A stretch of 10,368 nucleotides of DNA. It comes from an uncultured Gammaproteobacteria bacterium (lineage in GTDB: Bacteria; Patescibacteriota; Patescibacteriia; UBA2591; UBA6264). Of this stretch, positions 5,964 through 10,368 are shown piece after piece; the first letter of the stretch is position 1; each line of letters starts with the position of its first letter. The position numbers and the translations under genes were made by a program. The notes beneath the pieces are model-generated. The model ran no database searches. It saw nothing but the letters and a program-made list of their open reading frames with translations, and was not told the origin of the DNA. The stretch spans positions 1 to 10,368 of the forward strand of contig CAZTWG010000015.1 of assembly GCA_964617525.1 (NCBI GenBank), given 5' to 3'.

Positions 5964-6730
5964 TTTTTCTTTAATTCTATTTTTGACCCAAACCACTTCC
6001 TAGATAAATATTTAGTTTGATTGTTTATGTCAGAAGCAAAAAATTGACTAAGAGACCCTTTTGAAAGGTTCTCTTTTATCTTTGGGTTATTTTCTAAAAA
6101 TTCATGTAAATAAGAATCAATGATATCGATTGGGCTAATGATTTTAACCTGTTTACCAATTTTAATCTGGATTATATCCGCCAATAAAGAATAAATTGGA
6201 CTTGTTAACACAAGGGTATCTATCCGTTTGCAATGTAAATTGTAGAGATAAGATTTTAATATCTTTTTAGTAACAGCTTTTTTAAGCCAGCTTTCTCTAA
6301 TTAATGGCCGGAGTAAGGGAGTGAATTTAATTAAAATTTTAACATTTTTATCAATTTGATTAACAATTTTAGATATAAAATTATAATCAATAACTACGCT
6401 AGAAGTGATCACCCCTATTCTCTTATTCTTGCTCCCTTTAACCGCTGAATCAATTAACCAATCTATAAGAGATATTACAGGGACCTTAGTTTTGATATCC
6501 TTTAATGCAACGGCCATAGATGGGTCAGAGACAATAATCATTTTGGCACCTCTCCCAATCAAAAAATCAATTCCTTGTTCAGCGCATTTCCTGATAGTCC
6601 CCTCACCTTTATTGTCAAAAGGACCTCTTGCCGTGTCGGCAAAATATAAAATCTGATACTCTGGAAATTTATTTATTATTTCCTTAGTTAAGATTAAACC
6701 ACCTAAATTTGAATCTAAAATGCCAATCAT
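5960..6730 (-). CDS. Glutamate racemase homolog (MurI-like, Asp/Glu racemase fold) lacking both canonical catalytic cysteines
   Basis: MIGILDSNLGGL..YFADTARGPF.. is collinear with MurI (IGVFDSGVGGL, GDTARxPYG). The ACNTA motif position reads VSDPS (aa 67-71, nt 6518-6532). The GCTHYP position reads TSPIYS (aa 176-181; Ser177 at nt 6200-6202). Its start overlaps the upstream methyltransferase stop (ATGA, 6727-6730). Confidence 0.7.
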   Translation of the reverse strand: MIGILDSNLGGLILTKEIINKFPEYQILYFADTARGPFDNKGEGTIRKCAEQGIDFLIGRGAKMIIVSDPSMAVALKDIKTKVPVISLIDWLIDSAVKGSKNKRIGVITSSVVIDYNFISKIVNQIDKNVKILIKFTPLLRPLIRESWLKKAVTKKILKSYLYNLHCKRIDTLVLTSPIYSLLADIIQIKIGKQVKIISPIDIIDSYLHEFLENNPKIKENLSKGSLSQFFASDINNQTKYLSRKWFGSKIELKKN

Positions 6731-7404
6731 ACCTTTTGAGCAATAGTTATTAAGTTAAATCCCCTTAAAGGGTCTTTCCTATTTTTAATAATTCTAAAAC
6801 CTGCACCCTTTACCAATTTTTTAATTTCTCTAAGAGTAAAAACGTGATGATAGCGCAATATTTCCTTTTCTCTTATTTTCCACGGAATAAACACGTTACG
6901 TTGCCCCAAGAACAAAGAATAAAGATGATAACGTAAAATCAATTTCCATTGCATAAGATTCCAAACAGTAAAAATCAAAAAACCATTTGGTTTCAAAATA
7001 GAAAAACAATCTTTTAAAATCTTGAGTTGTAATTTTTTTGATGGAATATGATGCAAAAAAGCAATTGAGAATATAACATCAAACTCATTTCTTGAAAACT
7101 GAGTCCCTAGGTCTAAAGCATCAGATACAATAAATTTAGGTTTATTAAATCGTTCTCTTGCCGCTTCAATCAGTTTTTCACTATTATCAATGCCAATATA
7201 TTCTACCTTTTTGCCTTTAAAAAGCTGGTACAATCGTCCATTACCACATCCTAAGTCTAACACTTTTTGATTATTTTTAATATATTTTGATAAAAATTCT
7301 AACTCACGCCAGTTCCATTTTCTAGTTTTTGCGAATTCCCCAGCAATGGCATCCCAATTCTCTTTATTTTGTTTAAGAATCTTTTCAACTCTTTTTTTAT
7401 TCAT
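6727..7404 (-). CDS. Class I SAM-dependent methyltransferase, Trm9/ALKBH8-like (candidate tRNA cm5U34 methyl-esterifying enzyme)
   Basis: SAM motif I VLDLGCGNG (nt 7237-7263). Additional blocks match, from memory, the conserved Trm9/ALKBH8 methyltransferase blocks: WDAIAGEFAKTRKWNW, SDALDL, FDVIFSIAFLHH, LKPNGFLIFTVWNLMQ, NVFIPW, LRYHHVF, LITIAQK. The methyltransferase call is firm. The Trm9 subfamily call needs a profile search. Confidence 0.85.
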   Translation of the reverse strand: MNKKRVEKILKQNKENWDAIAGEFAKTRKWNWRELEFLSKYIKNNQKVLDLGCGNGRLYQLFKGKKVEYIGIDNSEKLIEAARERFNKPKFIVSDALDLGTQFSRNEFDVIFSIAFLHHIPSKKLQLKILKDCFSILKPNGFLIFTVWNLMQWKLILRYHLYSLFLGQRNVFIPWKIREKEILRYHHVFTLREIKKLVKGAGFRIIKNRKDPLRGFNLITIAQKV

Positions 7405-7410
7405 AACTAT

Positions 7411-7468
7411 ATCTTATCAGAAATATAAGAGTCAGCAAGATTGAATATTTATATAAAACTGATAAGAT
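7411..7468. promoter_or_regulatory. Back-to-back divergent promoters (methyltransferase/murI-like leftward, elp3 rightward) built on a 10-nt perfect inverted repeat
   Basis: ATCTTATCAG (7411-7420) and CTGATAAGAT (7459-7468) are exact reverse complements. Each reads outward as an extended -10, TGaTAAGAT. Candidate -35s are TTGCTG (- strand, 7433-7438) and TTGAAT (+ strand, 7441-7446), each with a 16-nt spacer. The -10s end 7 nt (methyltransferase) and 10 nt (elp3) from the respective ATG. No SD on either side. Confidence 0.45.
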
Positions 7469-7477
7469 AAGATTATC

Positions 7478-9061
7478 ATGAAAAAAGAAATAGAAGAAAA
7501 AAAAATAAAAATAGTTCAGGAAATGGCAAAGAATAAAATAACTTCTGAGGAAGAATTTGGGGAAGTTAAACAAAAAACAATCGCCAAAATCAAAACAAAC
7601 TTCCCTCCAAACAACGAACTATTGATGATATATAAAAAATTACGAAAACAAAATAATGTTCGTGCTAACTTTTATTTTGAAAAATTATTGAAAAAACGAC
7701 CAATACGTAGTTTGTCTGGCGTGGCAGTTGTCGCTGTGCTTACTAAACCATGGCCATGCCCTGGCAAATGCATTTATTGCCCCACAGAGAAGAATATTCC
7801 CCAAAGTTACCTATCAGGTGAACCAGCGGTAGAAAGGGCTAAAATCTTGAATTATGACCCTTATTTGCAAACTAAAAAAAGGATTGAAATGTTAGAAAAG
7901 AATGGTCATCCAACTGACAAAATTGAATTAATTGTTATTGGCGGGACATGGAGTTATCTCCCTAAACATTATCAAACATGGTTTATCAAAAGATGTTTTG
8001 ACGGAGCTAATAAAAAAATATCCAAAACTTTATTTGAAGCTCAAAAGAAAAATGAAAAAGCCAAGAACCGTTTAATAGGGATTACCCTAGAGACAAGACC
8101 AGATTATATTACTCTTAAAGAAATTTTAAGAATGAGAAAACTAGGATGCACTAGGGTAGAAATAGGAGTACAAATAGTTGATGACGAGATATTAAAAATA
8201 AATCAACGTGGCCACTTAATTGACAAAACAATTGAAGCAACGAAACTACTTAAAAACGCTGGTTTTAAAATATGTTATCATATTATGCCTGGACTTTATG
8301 GCTCAAACCCTAAAAAAGATTTAGAAAAATTCAAAAAACTTTTTTCTGATTCTGACTTTCAACCCGATATGTTAAAAATATATCCCTGTGTTGTTACCAA
8401 AGGTTCAAAATTATCTGAACTATATAAACAAAAGAAATATAAACCATATACCGATAACCAATTAATAAATCTACTCATTAAGATGAAATCAGTTGTTCCG
8501 CCTTATGTACGCATTAACCGAGTTATACGCGATATCCCCTCTTGGCAAATTCAAGGTGGAAGCAAAATCTCAAACATGCGTCAATATATACAGATAGAAA
8601 TGAAAAAACAAAAATTAGAATGCCAATGTATTCGTTGCAGAGAGATTAAAGCAAGTCAACTAGAATTAAAAGATTTAAAATTAAAACACCAGCATTACAC
8701 AGCATCGCACGGTCAAGCAATTTTTTTGTCATTTGAATCGCAAAAACAAAACAAGTTAGCTGCTTTCCTTCGTCTTAGGTTACCAACTCTAGAAATAAAA
8801 AAACAACCTCGTGTTTTAAAAAATAGTGCGATTATTCGTGAAATACATACCTATGGACAACTCGTTTCAATTAATCAAAAAAACAGAAAAGCAACTCAAC
8901 ATATTGGTTTAGGGAAGAAGCTAATCAAAGAAGCAGAAAAAATCAGCCGAAAAGCTGGATATAAAAAAATAGCCATTATCGCTGGCATCGGGGTTCGTCC
9001 ATATTACCGCAAACTTGGCTATCGCCTTCAAAATACTTATATGACTAAAATATTATCCTAA
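7478..9061 (+). CDS. elp3: Elp3-family radical SAM / GNAT acetyltransferase (tRNA uridine-34 carboxymethylation enzyme homolog)
   Basis: RPIRSLSGVAVVAVLTKPWPCPGKCIYCP carries the CxxxCxxC radical-SAM cluster (C94, C98, C101; nt 7757-7780). Also GGTWSYLP, TLETRPDYI, GCTRVEIGVQ, KIYPC. The C-terminal GNAT block is IREIHTYG...QHIGLGKKLIKEAEKISRKAGYKKIAIIAGIGVRPYYRKLGY. The 527 aa length and domain order match Elp3. Confidence 0.9.
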   Translation: MKKEIEEKKIKIVQEMAKNKITSEEEFGEVKQKTIAKIKTNFPPNNELLMIYKKLRKQNNVRANFYFEKLLKKRPIRSLSGVAVVAVLTKPWPCPGKCIYCPTEKNIPQSYLSGEPAVERAKILNYDPYLQTKKRIEMLEKNGHPTDKIELIVIGGTWSYLPKHYQTWFIKRCFDGANKKISKTLFEAQKKNEKAKNRLIGITLETRPDYITLKEILRMRKLGCTRVEIGVQIVDDEILKINQRGHLIDKTIEATKLLKNAGFKICYHIMPGLYGSNPKKDLEKFKKLFSDSDFQPDMLKIYPCVVTKGSKLSELYKQKKYKPYTDNQLINLLIKMKSVVPPYVRINRVIRDIPSWQIQGGSKISNMRQYIQIEMKKQKLECQCIRCREIKASQLELKDLKLKHQHYTASHGQAIFLSFESQKQNKLAAFLRLRLPTLEIKKQPRVLKNSAIIREIHTYGQLVSINQKNRKATQHIGLGKKLIKEAEKISRKAGYKKIAIIAGIGVRPYYRKLGYRLQNTYMTKILS

Positions 9062-10354
9062 CCATTCTTTACTTTGACGCACTAAAAGTTTTTTTGCTTG
9101 CTCAGGATTAAGCATTAATTTTTTTACTATTTTTTCTAAATGCATCCCTTGAGAACCTTTAACTAAAATAACATCTCCTTCATGAATTTTTGATTCTAAA
9201 AAATCTCCAGCTTCTGAAGTATTATTAAAACTAAAAATCTTACTCAAAGACAAACCTGAGTCATGGGCTCCCTCTGCTATCTTTTGAGCCTCTTCGCCAA
9301 TCACAACCAAATAATCTAGTTCTGTTTTGCTAACCTCTCGTCCTGTTTCTTTATGAGCTTGAGCGCTTAATTTGCCTAATTCTAACATATCTCCCAACAC
9401 CACCCACTTTCTTGCTCCTGAAGCAATTTCTATTTGGTCCAAAGAAAAAAGAGAAATTTTAACTGCTTGTGGTGAAGAATTATAGGTATCATCTAGAATA
9501 AGGGTTTTTCGTATCCCGGGGATCATAGTTAAACGTCCTGGCAATACTTTATGTTTAGATAGAGTTTTAGTAATATCAATTAAATTTAAACCCAATGCTA
9601 AGCCAACTGCCGTTGCGCCCAAGATAGAATAAATTTGTGCTTGACTTATAACGTTGGGAAGGAAAACTGGAACAATATTTCCTTTATAATTAATTTTAAA
9701 TAATAGTCCTTTTATCTTGGGAGGCCCTTCGTTTAATAATAGCTCTTGGTCAATTTTAATTTCTGTTGCCCGAATGTTAGCTTTTTTAGATAAACCGAAA
9801 GTCAATATTTGCGCTGAAGTTCTATTACTCATAAATTCTACTCGCTCATCATCAGCATTTAAAATAGCCCAATCTCGTTTACCTAGGTCGCTAACAAGGG
9901 TTTGCTTCTCTTTCGCCACTGCATTAATACTTTTAAAAAACTCAGTATGAGTTAATCCTACGGCTGTAATTACTCCTATTTTAGGAGGAGCAATGTTTGT
10001 TAAATATTTGATATCTCCTGGATGGTCAGCTGCCATTTCTAAAATTAAAATCTCCGGATAATTAGTCCGGAACAACAACATCCTGCCAACCGTCAAGAAC
10101 ATTTTTACCCATCCTATAATATTTTTGCCAGGAGACAAAGGACCAAAAATCGTTAATGGCAATCCTATCTCATTGTTATAATTCTTGGAACTGCAACGAA
10201 CATTAAACTTACCTTTTAAAACTGTATAAATCGCTTCCTTGGTTGATGATTTGCCAACACTACCAGTAACACCAATGATAAGAGGATTATATTTCTTGAT
10301 TACCTTTTTGGCAAAATATGCTAAAATTTTATGCAAAAATTTAATATAATACAT
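9053..10354 (-). CDS. murF: UDP-N-acetylmuramoyl-tripeptide--D-alanyl-D-alanine ligase
   Basis: P-loop GVTGSVGKSSTKE (nt 10241-10273), NYNNEIGLPLT, LEMAADHPGDIKYL, ITAVGLTHTEFF, AKEKQ, ILNADDERV, DDTYNSSPQA, VLGDMLELG. These are MurF-specific blocks. The 5' end is uncertain: no in-frame stop lies in the 14 nt between the ATG at 10354 and the window edge. Confidence 0.88.
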   Translation of the reverse strand: MYYIKFLHKILAYFAKKVIKKYNPLIIGVTGSVGKSSTKEAIYTVLKGKFNVRCSSKNYNNEIGLPLTIFGPLSPGKNIIGWVKMFLTVGRMLLFRTNYPEILILEMAADHPGDIKYLTNIAPPKIGVITAVGLTHTEFFKSINAVAKEKQTLVSDLGKRDWAILNADDERVEFMSNRTSAQILTFGLSKKANIRATEIKIDQELLLNEGPPKIKGLLFKINYKGNIVPVFLPNVISQAQIYSILGATAVGLALGLNLIDITKTLSKHKVLPGRLTMIPGIRKTLILDDTYNSSPQAVKISLFSLDQIEIASGARKWVVLGDMLELGKLSAQAHKETGREVSKTELDYLVVIGEEAQKIAEGAHDSGLSLSKIFSFNNTSEAGDFLESKIHEGDVILVKGSQGMHLEKIVKKLMLNPEQAKKLLVRQSKEWLG

Positions 10355-10368
10355 ATCTATATATAAAC

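Noticed and set aside
6405-6656. 83-aa + strand ORF antisense to the murI-like gene
   Set aside because: It is nested antisense. The MurI-like frame has family-level collinearity and this one has none.
9717-9950. 77-aa + strand ORF antisense to murF
   Set aside because: Nested antisense to a CDS with multiple MurF-specific motifs.
1-10368. CRISPR arrays, transposases/IS ends, integrases, toxin-antitoxin or other defence loci
   Set aside because: I saw no regularly spaced direct repeats, no terminal inverted repeats flanking an ORF, and no ORF with recombinase, nuclease or defence-type motifs. Apart from the one small unknown ORF, the window is housekeeping.

Overview
AT-rich, tightly packed bacterial chromosomal segment. 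I see no mobile elements, CRISPR arrays or recognisable defence genes. The short or absent intergenic spacers, divergent housekeeping enzymes, near-absence of Shine-Dalgarno sequences and a bacterial Elp3 suggest a small-genome Patescibacteria/CPR-like organism; this origin is inference only. I support 10 CDSs and 2 tRNAs. On the + strand: glyA, folD (overlapping glyA by 56 nt), secG, a membrane-anchored family-5 solute-binding protein, tRNA-Leu(CAG), trpS, and a bacterial Elp3 homolog. On the - strand: a small unknown ORF, tRNA-Glu(CUC), a MurI-like protein, a class I SAM methyltransferase and murF. The most interesting signal is the divergent Elp3 / Trm9(ALKBH8)-like methyltransferase pair, which share a symmetric back-to-back promoter. 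Together they look like a eukaryote/archaea-type (m)cm5U34 tRNA wobble-modification module in a bacterium. The methyltransferase is translationally coupled (ATGA overlap) to a glutamate-racemase homolog that has lost both catalytic cysteines. Other observations: a four-Cys Fe-S-type motif in TrpRS, a triple-repeat element around the trpS start, an A7 homopolymer that determines the glyA/folD overlap, a degenerate dinucleotide loop in FolD, apparently leaderless gene starts, and a small unknown ORF that alone has consensus promoter, SD and terminator signals. All family assignments come from reading motifs by eye and from memory. No searches were run.
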